Positions 26,126-39,815 of a stretch of 64,000 bases of DNA are shown here, piece after piece. The notes beneath the pieces are model-generated. The model was not told the origin of the DNA. It saw only the letters and a list, made by a program, of their open reading frames with translations, and ran no database searches. Every line of letters begins with the position of its first letter. The stretch's first letter is position 1. Made by a program: the position numbers and the translations under genes. This DNA comes from Haliotis rubra (taxonomy: Eukaryota), in NCBI RefSeq assembly GCF_003918875.1, contig NW_025767412.1:2790001-2854000 (forward strand), written 5' to 3'.

Positions 26126-26959
26126 TCTTCCATTCTCTGTGCCTCTTTCACTGTGTCAATTTTATGTCACTCTTTTGTAGTGTTCATGTCTCTTTCAATG
26201 TGTGTCGAATTCTCTGTCAAGCCTCAGGCTGTCGTCCCTGCAGTGGATTGTAATGTGTTCGAATTCACATCGTTTATCACTATCTGTTGTCTTTACATTA
26301 ACTGTTGAAGACTTGTGTCCGTTATTATTTTTGTAATTCCGATCAAACTGATTTGGCCATTTTTATTTCGGTTTCTCAACTAAGTTAGATTTCGGTTTCC
26401 CGAGAAAGCCCCTGTATGGTGTACCCTTGTCGCTCTGAGTCAGTCAGACCATGCAGTATATTGGCATATTCCCGGGTAACACGTGGTAGTAGGTATAGCG
26501 AAGAGGAAGTACCAGTAGATATGGAACAAAAGCTATCTAGTAATCAGATTTATGATACACAAGGAAGTAGGCACCATGTGCTACTTAAACACGTGCATAC
26601 TTGATAACAGCCAGGCTGGGAATTATGATATAGTCTTACCAGCAAACTGTGCAGGTAGTCTTCATGCACCTACCAACTCTCTCCTTGTCACAGAGTTAAA
26701 CGCCATGACGGACAGATGGTAGAGTGAGTGAGTTAAGGTTGACACTGCTTTGAGCACTATTTAAGTTATATCACGGCGTGTCATGTTCATGAGAGTGGAA
26801 ACCCACAGTGATGCTGGTGTTCGACCTTTACCATGACGGACAGATGGTAGAGTGAGTGAGTTAAGGTTGACACTGCTTTGAGCACTATTTAAGTTGATAC
26901 TGGCCCAACTAAATTACGAAACATTGCACAGCGCCTTGAGGTTTTGGTTCCCCCGTCGT

Positions 26960-27830
26960 TATATTGCCCATGTGTCCTTTTAATGGGGTGGTCTCATCTT
27001 GGTGGTACCCGTGTCTTTCAAGGGATTGGTCCCCTTCTTGGTGGTACCAATGTGTCTTTTTAAAGGGTTGGTCCCCCCCACATTGGTGGTACCCATATGT
27101 CTTCGTAAGGGGATGGCCACATTTTGGGGGTACCAATGTGTCTTTTTAAGGGGTGGGTCCCCTTCTTGGTGTTACCCATGTGTCCTTTTGAGGGGATGGC
27201 CCCATATTGGGGTACCCATGTTTCTTCGTAAGGGACCGCCTCCGTGGTGTAGTGGTTAGAGCGTCCGCCCGGAGAGCGGAAGGTCGCGGGTTCGATCCCC
27301 GACCGCGTCATACCAAAAGACGTTAAAATATGGTACTTGTTGGTCCCTGCCTGGCACTCGGCATTAATGTGTACAACAAGGACTGGTCGGCTCGGAGTCA
27401 GTATAATGTGTCTGAGTGGGGTATTCGTGTTTCACTGCGGCGTGGTATCTCAGTGAGCTAGCACTATAAAACCAGCTGAAGTCTGGGCTAGTACAAGCAG
27501 CCGCACATACACATACACACGCATGCACGTCGTCATATGAGCGAAATATTCTCAAGCACGACGTTAAACCCAATTTCACCTCACCTCACCTCTTCGTAAG
27601 GGGATGGCCACATCTTGTTGGTGCCAATGTATCTTTTGTGGGCGATGGCTCCTTCTTGGTGGAACCCGTGTCTTTCTTGGGAATGGTCCCTTTTTAATGG
27701 TAACCATGTGTCTTCGTAAGGGGATGACTCCTTGGTACTACCAATGTGTCTTTTTGAGGGAATGGCTGTTTCTTGATCATATCCATTGGTTTTGTAAGGG
27801 GGGTTCCCTGTCTGGTGGTACCCGTCTCTT
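26960..27830. repeat. Degenerate ~41-bp minisatellite interrupted by SINE B
   Basis: GGTGGTACCCATGTGTCTTTTTAAGGGGTGGTCCCCTTCTT-like units. Confidence 0.8.
27232..27590 (+). mobile_element. SINE family B, second copy, inside a ~41-bp minisatellite
   Basis: TSD TCTTCGTAA at 27223-27231 and 27591-27599. Confidence 0.9.
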
Positions 27831-27882
27831 TGTCTCGATTGGTGTCACGTCTTCATTGGTATACTCACTTATTTCACCCACT

Positions 27883-28052
27883 GGGGCGGTGGGGTAGCCT
27901 AATGGTTAAAGCGTTGGCTCGTCACGCCGAAGACCCGGGTTCGAATCCCCACATGAGTACAATGTGTGAAGCCCATTTCTGGTGTCCCCCGCCGTGATGT
28001 TGCTGGAATATTGCTAAAAGCGGCGTAAAACCAAACTCAGTCAGTCAGTCAG
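27883..28052 (+). mobile_element. SINE family A
   Basis: Perfect 13-bp TSD TATTTCACCCACT (27870-27882 and 28053-28065). Confidence 0.92.
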
Positions 28053-29011
28053 TATTTCACCCACTTTATGGATGAACCTTGCGTCTTCCTCCGTTGCTTT
28101 CGTCAGCTGTCGTCCGTCAGAGGGTACCCCATGACAACGAGTAAACAGCAGCAAGGGCGTAATCGACCAGCAACGTCGCCGACACAGTGTTCAGGTACGC
28201 ATCGCTATTGGTTTACCTTGAAAACACTTGATGCATTTATTGATGACGTTGTCGAAGATGCTGACAATGCTGCTTTGACGCATGCGGATAAAATGGAATG
28301 AGCTGTTGAGATTTTGACCATCACTGGAGCGGAACGTCTAGCCGTCCTTGCCATGTTGTACACCAAACCTGCGCCCCTAGACAATGCCACCACGCAGACA
28401 AACACATTGATCCGAGCCAAAAAGTACACTTTATAGATTTTGTCTGAATTTAATTATTGATCTGGTGATCAATAATCGACCACACACGACGCCAGTCCGT
28501 TGTTGGAGACACCCGAGACTGAACTGTAAACCGTGTGAGGAGACGTACATGCAGAGGTCCCAGGTTCATGCTCACTTGGGTTGGCGCGATGTAGTTCAGT
28601 GGCTGGTGGACTAGTTTGAGAGGGTTTGGTTTGAATCCCAAATTGGTTAAAATATCACGATGTCTTTTGCACTGAGATTTGCAAATTGAAAACTTGACAA
28701 AAAGAATGTGCCCTCACTTGCTCCATTCTGGGGACGGAGAAGAGAGGGAGAGAGAGGACATACTATGAGAGAAAGGAAGAGTGCCTGAGCCACATTACAC
28801 AGTATTTCAGTTGTACTGCAGTTCGATGTGAAGGGGAGGGCCGAACCCCCACAGGTTTTGGATCTTTAGCACTTTGGTGAAAATCAGAGGGTACGGTGCC
28901 GATAGACCCTGGGGCATTATCAAATCTGGATCAGTAGTTTGTGGCGAGAAGGGAGAGGAAGAAAGTTACAAGAAGAGAAGAAGACAGGGTGTCACAGCTT
29001 CTGTATGTCTT

Positions 29012-29176
29012 GGGGGAGGTGGGGTAGCCTAGTGGTTGAAGTGTTCGCTCGTCACGCCGAAGACCCGGGTTCGATTCCCGACATGGGTGCAATGTGTGAA
29101 GCCAATTTTTCTGGTGTCCCCTACAGTGATTTTGCTGGAATATTGCTAAATACGGCGTAAAACTAAACTCACTCAC
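29012..29176 (+). mobile_element. SINE family A
   Basis: TSD TCTGTA(T/G)GTCTT with one mismatch. Confidence 0.9.
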
Positions 29177-30497
29177 TCTGTAGGTCTTATACACATCTTC
29201 AGTAACTGTACAACGAGAGATCCTCTGGTTAAATGGAATTGTTGTGAAATCGACTCGATGGATGCCTTTATAATACTGTATTCTTTTATTTCTATTTGAC
29301 ATTTTTCCATTTGACATATTGTGTTTGGTTGATATCGGTGTCCGAAGATTGTCTGATCTACCTTCCCGTGAACAGTGATAACGGGAGATTGTCGCGATAT
29401 TTCAGATACGTGGAAAAACACCCTTCCCTTCAGTTCATTTGAGACTTTAAGCTCTCCCAGCACTGTTAAGACCTGAAACTAATACATCATGAATTTGTCT
29501 TTTCCATAAATTGAGAACTAACGACTGCGGATTGAGACCCCGGCTGTGTTGGTGTGCCCCAGGTTAGCTAATACATAACCAGGCTTACAAGATCGCTGCC
29601 TACTTAGTCTTTTGACTAGGGAGATCACCCGCTCAAATTCACCCGAATCCCAAACACGAAACCTAAAACGGTGATATACAAAGATAACGCCTCGTGAAAA
29701 ACTATCCGCCATCTCTTTAGTTTCTCCCTCTAATTAGCTCCCGTAAACAATCCTACGGGTGACGACAATAAATGTGACATAAAAAGCAGTTACTTTTGAC
29801 GAGCGTCCCGAGCAGATATGTCTTCCCCGAATCACCCTCTTCCAGCACCAGCTGTAATCTTGAAGCTTGATCGTGAAGAGAGTTTTTGTTCACTTCAATA
29901 CCCCGAGTCATTAATTTGTAAACGACACTGGAGTTCTCGGACTCGCATGTGCCCTCTCTAGCTGATTGTCAAGCATTTTTGCGCCTGGGTCGTTAGGGTT
30001 GTTAGGTAGGGGGACATTGTCACCTGAGAATTTGGCTCTTACCTGTCAGTTCTATCCCCTCTAATACCGCTCAGATTACCTACAAAATAGCACAACCGGT
30101 GATTTCCGTGAAAGGGGAGCGGGACTTCCACAGCCACGCTGGAGCAGTCATAATTCTGGCTGAAGAAGACCTCGTTTGCTGAGCGCGTCACCGTCCGTCT
30201 CACTACCACAGAAACAAACACTAACACCGACATTTTGAAGACATCTTTATATACCGGGCACCGTTAATCCGAACCTTTGCTGAGAGAGACGTGTTTCTAA
30301 TTTTTATGGCTGGTTAATCCGAAAATACGGAACAGTTAGGTGGAAATGGTTGAACGAAATAACAGTGAAGGGTTGTGGTGCAAGCGGTGTACCAATCAAA
30401 GCAGCTTCATCGGTATTATGTGCCCATCGTCTGAAAACACGTCGGCTTGCTTTAAATGACATCAGTGTACCTATTTGCTGAAACTCATAAGTACCTG

Positions 30498-30740
30498 TTC
30501 TGGTGTCCCCCGTCGTGATATTGCTGGAATATTGCTAAAAGCGGCGTAAAACCAAACTCATTCACTCACTCATATAAGTACCTGGGGTAGCCTTGTGGTG
30601 AAAGCGTTCGCTCGTCACACCGAAGACCTAGGTTCGATTTCCCACATGGGTACAATGCGTAAAGCCCATTTCTGGTGCCCCCCGTCGTGATATTGCTGGA
30701 ATAATGCTAAAAGCGGCGTAAAACTAAACTCGCTCACCCA
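30498..30740 (+). mobile_element. Two tandem family A SINEs (5'-truncated 30498-30572; near-full 30584-30740)
   Basis: ATAAGTACCTG precedes each copy, and TACCTG follows the second. Confidence 0.85.
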
Positions 30741-33271
30741 TGATACCTGTGGTTGTGTAAACTTATCGATAAGTGAAGCCTAATAACAACAACTATATGG
30801 ATGATTGATCAGTCTTGTACGTTCACAGACCATTTTTACGCATACTGTGTAAAAACGAAAATCACACAGCAACGAATCCCGTAATTTTCGCAGGACAACA
30901 ATTAAATTTGTAAAATATATATTCAATTTATATACAGACGCCCAAAAGCTGGAATGTTGCTAAGTGTTATGTTAACCACAAATAGTATGTATACAAAATA
31001 TAATGAGAGATTCGTGTCTTACTTCGTGATGAAGCGGTGAAGCATACCAGCCGATAATCAAGAACATATATTTCAGAAAAAAAGAGTATCTATTGAATGA
31101 CTCATAAATGACTCATGAAAGTTTGTAAGTTTCTGTCAAAATAAACACTGTAAATATGACCTTGAACCACAATCGTTATGTTGAACGAAGTACTCACAAA
31201 CTCAAACACAATCTCAAACGCACACACACACACACACACACACACTCTCATACCCATTCGAGCGCGTGCGCCTCCACGTGCCTACACAACAAAATTGATA
31301 ACTGCGAATCTCTAACGTTCCACGAGTTTCCGCGAGAACAGAACGAGATCTCATTAAATATACATTTCTTGAACAAGCCTTTTGCGACATAACCCATGTC
31401 TTTTAGCTTCACATACAATACCAAGCAATATCCGTTTCAAATATTTCCTCAAAGAGCGCTAAAATTCCTGTTCTCGCTCGCGTAACAAGGAGATCAAACG
31501 CCAGAACGAATTGGCGAATTAATACCTGCCCGTAAGTCGGAAATAATGACCGACATCGTGTCCCCCACCCCTTTGAGGAGAGAGATTAGAATCCTGTCCC
31601 AATGCGATTCGCCCGTGTCGTCCCATGTGTTTGGTCCACCCATGGGACCTATTCCGTCGTCAAACAGAACACATCTCGAGTCAAGCCTGTTTCGTCTCTT
31701 TGTTGCCTTTTCGCTCTCTCTCGGTCTTCGTAATCGGATTTAAGTTGATCGGGCGCGGGCCTTAGCTACTACAACCAGATGCCGTACAATATGACTTCTT
31801 CAAGATATTGCGCCGTCACATTTGACTTGGAGCTTGTGTGTGGCCGTTTGTGTTATACAGCCCGCTTCAAACATTGCTCCAACACTAACGCTGGTGGTTC
31901 TCTCCGCCCAAAATACGTCAGGCTGTTGAGAAAAAATAACTTCAAAAGCATTTACACATTAATTTCTCTTATGATCTATCATGGAGTGTATATGTGTACA
32001 ATAATACCACCAGTAGACCATTGTAGGGAACTAGATTAATTTCAGTCGTCGAATTAAACGCTGAAAAGATCGTATGGAACCTCTACAGCAGTTTGCCAAT
32101 AGACTGCCCCTCTATTGAAGTTTACAAACATTAGGAATGTTCGTGTGTGTTACTTAATTGCTACGCTACGCCGTTTCTTTCTTGGATATTTGGCCCGTCT
32201 ACTGACATACAGCAAGGCTCGGACGTGATTGTTATTGGGATAACTTCCACGTGATTCACGGCTATTAGACATGCCGTATATCAATCATATCCTCAACACA
32301 GACCAGGGGGGTCGATTTCAGAAGTATTTGTGAATATCATAAAGTTAAATTAAATTACGTAAAAAAAGAAAGAGGTTTCCTTGTGAGTATACTCGCACCG
32401 CAATAAAGACGCAACTGAGATCGATATACGATTGAAATATGTATTGGGAAACTTTGTAACCCACATTCGATCGTTGCGAATGCAGTTAGTGGTTTTTCTA
32501 TGAAAGGTTACAGTACTGTTATTGGCTTAGGGATAGAGCAGAAACATTGGATGGTACACACGCAACATGGACAACAGTACAAGCTCTGGAGAAGTACATC
32601 ATCCAATAGAACAAGACTCCAGTAGTACAGTGGGAAGACGTTAAGGAAATGTTCTTCCGCTTGATTAAATAATCTTCATATTTCTTACACGATATGTACT
32701 GACGTGTGTTAATGTTTGTGCAAACACATGTCAAAATCCTTGCGGTGTCTAGTAGCTTCTGTGTTTTGTGTGCAGCTTCTCGTCGATATGATGCTAAACC
32801 TGGTGTAATGGAGTGCTCGACAACCAGCGCGTGGGTGTAAGATTCATATTTCCGTTTGTTTTTTTAAAACCTACCTAAATATATGGAACAATCTGACGGT
32901 TCCAGATACGCAATACCACCATCAGGGTCATTGACTCCTCCGCCGTGTTATGGTGAATATTAAAGTTAGATGGGAGTTTGTCACAATTGTTTTTACCTTA
33001 CTTGTGTTTGATGGGGGATTACTGCTGCCGAAGTATGACGTTTATTGCCTTGCACTGTCCATCCTTAAGTGCGAAGAAGAGAAAAATGGCACTCCCAGCA
33101 CGGTTATTGAACAAAATAGGTTTGGGGCTAATCTGACAACAAAACACCTTGTTATACATGTACTGCAGCGCACCAATAAAAGAAAGTCAAAGTTTCGTAA
33201 TTGCACAGAAAACGTTTCTTTTACTTCAAAAGGTAATGGTGTATTTCTGGGATAACTGCACTTGAAGTTAA

Positions 33272-33439
33272 AAGTGAATGAGTATGGTTTTACGCCGCTT
33301 TGATCACTATTCCACAAATTTTCGCTCCGGTTCGATTCCCTGAGTAGGTCTGCATGACGCTCTTTCAAGAACCGCGACATTGCTGGAATATTGATCGCTA
33401 AAAGCGGCGCAAAATGAAACTCACTCACTCACTCACTCA
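33272..33439. mobile_element. Degenerate family A-like SINE fragments in opposite orientations
   Basis: Reverse tail GTGAATGAG...TTTACGCCGC at 33272-33300; forward GGTTCGATTCCC...GCGGCGCAAAA(ACTC)n to 33439. Confidence 0.6.
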
Positions 33440-33449
33440 GGCGTACACT

Positions 33450-33745
33450 GGTTTGGTTGGTTTGTTGTTTAACGCGACATTCAGCAATATTCCAGCCATA
33501 TGGCGGCGATCTGTAAATTATCGAGTCTGGACCAGACAATCCAGTGATCAACAGCATGAAAATCGATCTACGCAGTTGGGATACGATGACATGTGTCGGC
33601 TAAGTCAGCAAGACTGACGACCCGATCCCGTTAGTCGCCTCTTGCGACAAGCTTGGGTTACTGAAGATCAATTCTAACCCGGATCTTCACGGGTACGACA
33701 AGCATGGGTTAATGAAGATCAATTCTAACCCGGATCTTCAGGGGT
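33450..33745 (-). mobile_element. SINE family C with duplicated head
   Basis: Full reverse copy; head repeated at 33655-33693 and 33695-33744; TSD-like GG(C/T)GTACACT flanks. Confidence 0.88.
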
Positions 33746-34576
33746 CTGGTGTACACTATTCAAATCAGTGAGACCCACATTTCGCGGTCGACTGTGTTGC
33801 CGTTGTGATCTTCATATTAACCTTGCTTGTTCAAGACGTTGATAATTATGTACTGCTCCTAATTGTAGGTTTTGTTTCATATTTCTTTTTTCAAAACTGT
33901 TGGTCATGTTAAGCTGATACTCACAGAATTCTACATATTTGTTGGAAGCAGTAGACTGTAGTACCAGCAGGATATGACATTGTACACATTAATTGATGAG
34001 CTATCGCCTGTGGCGTCTATCAATGGAGATACGCACCGAGCTACGTTACATCGTATACCGGCTTTATAATTTATAGTGCAAGGCCCGGCTAGTTACTAAA
34101 TGAAAAATGAACCAATATTGATACAAAAGAACAATCAGTCGATGTTATTACGTCATCGGTTGTTATCAATGTGTAATAATCGTTCATTCATTCCGCTCTG
34201 AGCCCAATTCATTGATACACGAGATAAATTAGTCCGTCAATTAAGATTTATTCTCAAACAATGCACTCCACAGCCTGTGATGAAGATGTAACTAAATATT
34301 GAAACAAGCCGTGGACGTTTACTAACGCTGTGACGTCATACTTTCGCGCGTATAATTCAACCTGTTCGGGAGGCTAGGAAACCAAAATAGAACTTTGCTT
34401 CGAGGCTAACACGACGGGTCGTACTCGTTTCAGAATCTCTGAGGTTTTAATTTTTCTATGAAACTGGTTCTTCCATATGTATCTGTCTCTTACACCGTAA
34501 CTCATGAAGCTTTAAGATTCAGTTCCAGGTGGAGCCATAAGGGTCTATCCCACCATAGCCACAAATAAGTTGTAAA

Positions 34577-34718
34577 GGTTAAAGTGTTGGCTCGTCACGC
34601 CGAAGACCTGGGTTGATTCCTCAAAAGGGAAAAATGTGTCAAACCCATTTCTGATGTCCCCCGCCGTGATATTGCTTGAATATTGCTAAAAGCGGCGTAA
34701 AACTAAACTCACTCACTC
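34577..34718 (+). mobile_element. SINE family A, 5'-truncated
   Basis: Similarity to the other family A copies. Confidence 0.85.
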
Positions 34719-36039
34719 GTTTTCTTGTTTTCTATTCAATTCGGTTCTTGACTCCTCGATAGGGTCAAGCGTTGAAGCCTCCAAGCCCGTCGCTGCAAGG
34801 AGCGTCATGGTTTGTAATTCGCTCAGAATCGACTACACCCAACAGATTGATATGAATGAGCGCCTGGATCGGGAAACTCTTCGGGCGTGTTAGACTGGGC
34901 CTGTGGTGCTGCTACGTCAGCGGCAAACATGCGCTACTACCGACACGGTATATCAAAACAAATCGAATTATGATACATAAGGCACGACTGCAGAGATTTG
35001 CGTGGAGGAGAATTACGTGGTATATTACGCTAGTCACCATGTCATCGGTGTTTGTTTGGGTTTTGTTTTCGGAAATAAAAGCTGGTGTCATTCAAAACTG
35101 TCGTGTTAAGAAATATGTGTGTGCTGAAGCCGAATTTCATCATATATTTTGAAAGTTTGTCTCTTTCGGGTAGGAATTTCATCACCAAGTTACAACTTAA
35201 GCCAACCCAGACTTCATCTGTAAATAGTATATGGTTTATATGATCGTTAAAACGCAGTATGATTTTTTAAATTTGAAATTCATTTCTTTTAATCAATGAC
35301 ACAGTTTGTATAGCAAAGAAGTCCGTTGTACCGTGTTTTCAGACAGAATCTTTAATGAATGTTGGAAGTACTATAAAAAAAAAATGTTATGTGTTATAAG
35401 GTCAACAGACGCATCTTATGTTCTTTGCCAAGTATCGCCAGTAGGTGTCGCTCTTCATACCTTACCAACAACGCGTTGCCACAAACTAAGACAGGACCTG
35501 ACGGCTGGCCTCCGTCAATATCATAAAACAACAGTGAAGATCCCATAATGTTTGTTATGGAATCTGGCAGCGTTAGAGGTATTAACGGCCTGAGTTGGGC
35601 GACTCGTCACGAGAGGTCGGGATTCAATGGATTAAGACTCGGCTGGGAACAAGTGTCCAGTGGCTGTGCTCGAGATTGCCGGGAGTGTGCGTTGGATGAT
35701 TATAGCTAAACAGCGACATTGTAATATTTCAAAAGGTGCTGTTTTATGATAAGCCAAAAGTAACACGTTCTCTTACAAGATCGCGAAACGCAATATGTAT
35801 TGTGAGTGATTGGTCTGGTTTGCCATGTGATTTTGTGAGTGTCTTTTATAATTTAAATACGTATTTTATTTCAAGAACGTTAGAAAGTTTTCTATTTTGT
35901 ATAATTGTAGCAATGCTTGGACTATTAAACACCATCATCGAGTTCGTGCATGATATATCACGAAAAAGAAGCTTCTAGTTATATCACATTCTTAATACCA
36001 AACAAATATCATCATGACGACTATTTGAGGACGTCTTCT

Positions 36040-36290
36040 TATCTAGAATGTGAATGTTCACCAATGGAGAATAGCCATTCGCGATTGTCCACCAAATGAG
36101 AATGTCCACCACACGAGAATCGCCATTTGCGGTTGTCTATCACAGGAGAGTGTCAACTACTCGAGAATGTCCACTACTTAAGAATGTCAACTATTAATAA
36201 ATGTCCATTATTCAAGAATTCCACCACTCGAGAATGTCCACTATTCGAGAATATCCACCCTCGAGCATGCCAACGATTGGATAGATATTC
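36040..36290. repeat. Degenerate ~20-bp tandem repeat
   Basis: GAGAATGTCCAC(C/T)A recurrences. Confidence 0.6.
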
Positions 36291-37055
36291 CATTAAGTTT
36301 TAAATTACTCATGTCATCTTAGCAACCGTAAAGAACAGATAACTGTCACATGTTAGACATGGCGCAAAGTTACTTATTATTTGAATGTCTTAATGTTTGA
36401 ATCCTTATCTCAAATACCACAGTAGCAGGGGCCAGAAATCCCCAACATTACATCGGATAAACTTGTTATCCCACCCAAATACCTCAGATTGTCTAACTTT
36501 CAAAAGGGAGATTGACTGGTTCCAGCTATGTGAAACGACATGTGTGTTTCCACCTAACCACTCTCCCACCTACAGACAGCTCGAGTGAGTTCTTCCGTGT
36601 TTTGAACGTGCAAGTTTCTAAATTTAAGTTTTAAAAACCCCTCAAGACATTTAAAGAAATACTTCAAGTTAATTGTTGTTGTATATTTCAGACATGTGAA
36701 AACGGGGATCAAAACGTGGAAATACTTGAGATTTACTTCGATCAGTATCTAAGTAAGCAACAAGGAAAAAATGTGTAAGTCTGAACTTGTATTCACTTGA
36801 GATCCTTAGAAATGACGTTGTTATCGTGACAGTGGACGGGGTGTGTGGTATATACTTTGATAAGTGTGAAGCAAGTCTTTGTTTGATAGCGAACAATAAA
36901 TACCAAAGATAATGAGTCTGAATTTGTGGGGAGTCCCCCCTTCTACCCAACAGTGCTCCACTCACCTGACGTCAAACAGTATATCTACCTGTCCACGAGG
37001 GGGACGCTGCAGGTTCCAACACTACCCCCACCCCCTCCCTTCCCAAACACGGGGC

Positions 37056-37078
37056 GCGCGCACACACAGAGATGAACA

Positions 37079-37156
<78 letters not shown>

Positions 37157-37164
37157 GCGCGCGT
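37056..37164. repeat. Compound microsatellite (CT)n(CA)n(CG)n
   Basis: Direct inspection. Confidence 0.92.
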
Positions 37165-39109
37165 GAGACTAATCTCTCCGCGATGAGAACCTAACTCCTG
37201 GGGAACGGTACGCCAATTAACTTCCCCAAACAGTTTCTAAACCCTCCTACATCCCCCGTGCCTCACCTGCTACTGGGAGGGGTGAAGGTGAGTGGGGTAC
37301 GCTCCCCTCCCTGGTCTGTCAGTGAATCATTAGGAACTGGTCAAATCACATCCGATGATGAGCTATTGATCTGACGCTCGCCCCCTCCCACGCCCCCTTC
37401 TATATCCCACCGGCCCCGTCCTCATCCCCAGCCTTACTGACTCACCCTGACAGAGGAGCGAGGGCTCCCCCTCCGCTTCATGGTTTAATATACTATCAAA
37501 GCCACTTTCATTTCCTTAACTATATAACTCTGAATTGGTTACAATGCGACTCATTGACGCGAGTAGGAGAGCCCTCCATTGCTCTATGGCTTCTTCCGAC
37601 GAAGCGAGGGCTTGTCGGCACAGGAGCCTGGGGCAGGACAATATACTGCTGAAACACCTTCATTAATCACATTAAGCTATTGATGAAGCGCTATTGGTCT
37701 TTCGTTTTACTCCTAACTCCGAGGGGATAGAGCATTGAATGTGCAGCTAGTGGGTATAGTTAGGTGTGCTGCCTTTGTAGCTATGGATATTTCTATACCG
37801 CATTTGTTAATGTACACCAACCCATACGGCCTACGCGAGGCATGTTATGTATTGTAACGTGTGTTATAATATTACCTGAAGGATTGCATTCGAGTATTTT
37901 TTCGTGTGGGTGAGGGTGTTTAAACTTCCTAATATACGGCATCAGTTCCAAACACGTCATTATGAAAACTTTACATACACTTCTCGGGTCTCAGTTTATT
38001 TGTTTTGGGAACTCATTTGTTAAGATCAACTTTCACTAATCAATTATATAAAGTCGGTAATGCTTGGGCTGTTATTCAGTTTCCTGTAGGGATTTTGTTT
38101 CGGAAGGTGACGAAGCCGATGTTATCAGATAAGCTGTAAAGTTTCTTAATCGGACTTTTTGCTTTGTGTTTTTTCTTAAGAAATACTTTTGAAGCTTATG
38201 ACCGGCCCACGATATGTGACTGGACGTTGTAAGGTTGTTAAAAAGAAAATATTACGCACATTACGTGATTTTTTAAAAACGTTTATCATATAACCTTATC
38301 AATATTTCCAACAATGAGCTGGTGTTATAGCCATAGTGGGGTCACACAAGAAAAACGTCAGAATATTGTTCATTAGGGAAAAAACTTTATATTAAAGAAA
38401 ATCATCGGAAAGGTTCTGTATTAATCTTTTTTAACTGTTTATACTCTTCTGTGTCTGAAGCTTTGAAGACACGAACAGAGAATAACCACCACCACCACCA
38501 CCCCACACACACAGACCTGAGCCCTGACACGTTGTGTCTGTGGAGAGACACACATTCACTGAAGAGCTATGGTTGGGCTCGCCTGCCATACGTTTTAAGA
38601 ACTTCTCAAATACGTCCCATTTCTACTTTGACAATTAGGTCTAAACTCACACATAAAGAGGTGCTCGTCGGCTGTTATATTAATTTTATTACAAAAAAAG
38701 ACGGAGTGTTTTTGCTCCCGGGTGGCCTCTGAAGAGGGTGGATGCGCTAAGTCCCCGACAGTACGATATTGTACCCTGACAGACAACAAAACACCGTTTG
38801 CCTCCTAATCTGTCCATGGTGTATAGCTTGCGGGGCTTGGGCGTTTGTGTGAATTTACTTTTCTCCACAAGTGGTGGAACTTTGTTTTCTGATATAATCT
38901 AATGTAAACATAATTTATTTGATTTCTGTCGGGTGTGTGATTGTACGATTAGAAACGGAACAGCGCCGATTCCCATCTATACGGGTAATATTTCTACCGT
39001 TCTCAACTTGTAAAATCTTAACCTTTTACCCAATATACTTCTGTAGCCAACGCAACATTAAATTTGAATTATTTACATTCAAATCAGGAATAGAAATATT
39101 GTGACAATC

Positions 39110-39815
39110 TTGAAGTGGAACTCTCTTTGTCTAGTAATGAAACTCCCTTTGTCCGGTAATTAAACTCCCTTTGTCTGGTAATGAAATTACTGTGTCTAGT
39201 AGTGAAACTTTCTTTGTCTGGATATGAAACTCTATTTGTCTAATAGTGAAACCCCATTTGTCTGGTAGTGAAACTCCCTTTGTCTAGAAGTGAAACCTCC
39301 TTGTCTAGTAATGAAGTCTCATGTCTAGTAGCGATACCCTGCTTGTCTAGCGAGACGGCCCATGTCTAGTAGTGACACTGTCCTTGTCTAGTGAGACGGC
39401 CCATGTCTAGTGGTGAAACTGTCCTTGTCTAGTGAAACGGCCCATGTCTAGTGGTGATACTGTCCTTGTCTAGTGAGACGGCCCATGTCTAGTGGTTAGA
39501 CTATCCTTGTCTAGTGAGACGGCCCATGTCTAGTGGTTAGACTGTCCTTGTCTAGTGAGACGGCCCATGTCTAATAGTGAGACTGTCCTTGTCTAGTGAG
39601 ACGGCCCATGTCTAGTAGTGAGACTGTCCTTGTCTAGTGAGACGGCCCATGTCTAGTGGTGAAACTGTCCTTGTCTAGTGATGAAACTGTCCTTGTCTAG
39701 TGATGAAACTCTCCTTGTCTAGTATGACCCTCCTTGTCTAGTGAGACGGCCCGTCTAGTAGTGAAACTGTCCTTGTCTAGTATGACCCTCCTTGTCTAGT
39801 GAGACGGCCCATGTG
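39110..39815. repeat. Minisatellite: ~22-bp monomer evolving into a 41-bp (19+22) dimer
   Basis: TGTCTAGT core in every subunit; ACTGTCCTTGTCTAGTGAGACGGCCCATGTCTAGTGGTGAA. Confidence 0.9.

Noticed and set aside
25644-26308. Overlapping hydrophobic or ER-repeat ORFs (also 59686-60508 and 63126-63803)
   Set aside because: Microsatellite or low-complexity translations.
28068-28641. Possible exons in a moderately GC-rich patch
   Set aside because: No consistent frame and splice combination, and no recognisable domain.
33627-33693. Assignment of the family C head to HDV-like, pistol, twister or hammerhead ribozymes
   Set aside because: The CUAA after a hairpin and the loop pseudoknot are suggestive, but helix order and conserved core nucleotides did not fit any class by eye. 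Kept only as an unclassified structured RNA.
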